A DNA stretch of 64,000 bases. Origin: a virus. The notes below the pieces were generated by a model. That model was not told the origin of the DNA. It did no database searches and saw nothing but the letters and a program-made list of their open reading frames with translations. Below are positions 63,749 to 64,000 of the stretch, in pieces. Each line of letters begins with the position of its first letter. Position 1 is the stretch's first letter. The stretch covers positions 5,860 through 69,859 of IMG/VR virus record IMGVR_UViG_3300012210_000006; one strand, 5' to 3'. The translations under genes were made by a program, and so were the position numbers.

Positions 63749-63930
63749 TATGCAACGCATTTGCAGGTTTTATATCCCCATCGGCGAGCGCCGATTGTCC
63801 CCTTACATCGAGGGCACAATTCCGGAGCGAATTGAGCGCCGCGAAAAGACGGACGCGATTCGTGCATCGGGTCTTGTAGGCCAAGCGCATGAGGTATTTT
63901 TCGTTCTCTGTTTTGCACAATTTTTGCCAA
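63748..63930 (-). CDS. Possible small C4 zinc-finger protein
   Basis: CPRCKGTIGARRWGYKTCKC; stop abuts the terminator; start unclear. Confidence 0.35.
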   Translation of the reverse strand: MAKIVQNRERKIPHALGLQDPMHESRPSFRGAQFAPELCPRCKGTIGARRWGYKTCKCVA

Positions 63931-64000
63931 TTGGCATGATTAATCCGTTTTCATTTTTCACACCCTGAAGGGCGAACTTCATTTTCTTGTTGCATATTTC

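Noticed and set aside
1-64000. Alternative genetic code (TAG reassignment), prompted by the in-frame amber at 566
   Set aside because: Very long Gln-rich genes (TMP, TerL, DnaE) are intact under code 11 with no internal TAG, and TAG serves as a normal stop at 14296, 20196 and 31081
1-64000. Complete circular genome, terminal repeats, or prophage
   Set aside because: The ends do not overlap, and no integrase, repressor, att-like repeat or host genes are seen; genome completeness cannot be judged from this window

Overview
The window is most of a tailed dsDNA bacteriophage genome, most likely a siphovirus: there is a 1728-aa tape measure protein and a tail tube, but no sheath or baseplate-wedge genes. 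It is AT-rich (about 30-38% GC by eye) and has two convergent arms. The + arm (1-34.2 kb) carries dCMP deaminase, an FkbM methyltransferase, terminase (TerL with a LAGLIDADG intein), portal, a protease/scaffold, decoration and major capsid proteins, five exported (signal-peptide or lipoprotein) proteins, neck and tail genes with an embedded glycosyltransferase, a -1 frameshifted tail chaperone, TMP, tail tip and fibre, holin-like plus GH25 endolysin, and a metallophosphoesterase. The - arm (34.2-63.2 kb) carries class II RNR, MazG-like, two sigma-like factors, DnaE, PhoH, SLOG, HerA-like ATPase, primase-helicase fusion, SF2 helicase, HNH, RuvC, RecA, SSB-like, Cas4-like nuclease, ThyX, a NYN RNase and many small early-type ORFs. 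No integrase, repressor, tRNA or CRISPR array was seen. The window ends show no terminal repeat, so it may be a partial genome. The most unusual observations are (1) a run of secreted, even-cysteine proteins directly behind the major capsid gene, (2) a ~430-nt non-coding array of at least 10 back-to-back hairpins at 58.4-58.85 kb, (3) a glycosyltransferase module in the tail operon plus an O-methyltransferase-family gene, and (4) recurring motifs that look like promoters for phage-encoded sigma factors. All family assignments are by motif recognition, not database search.
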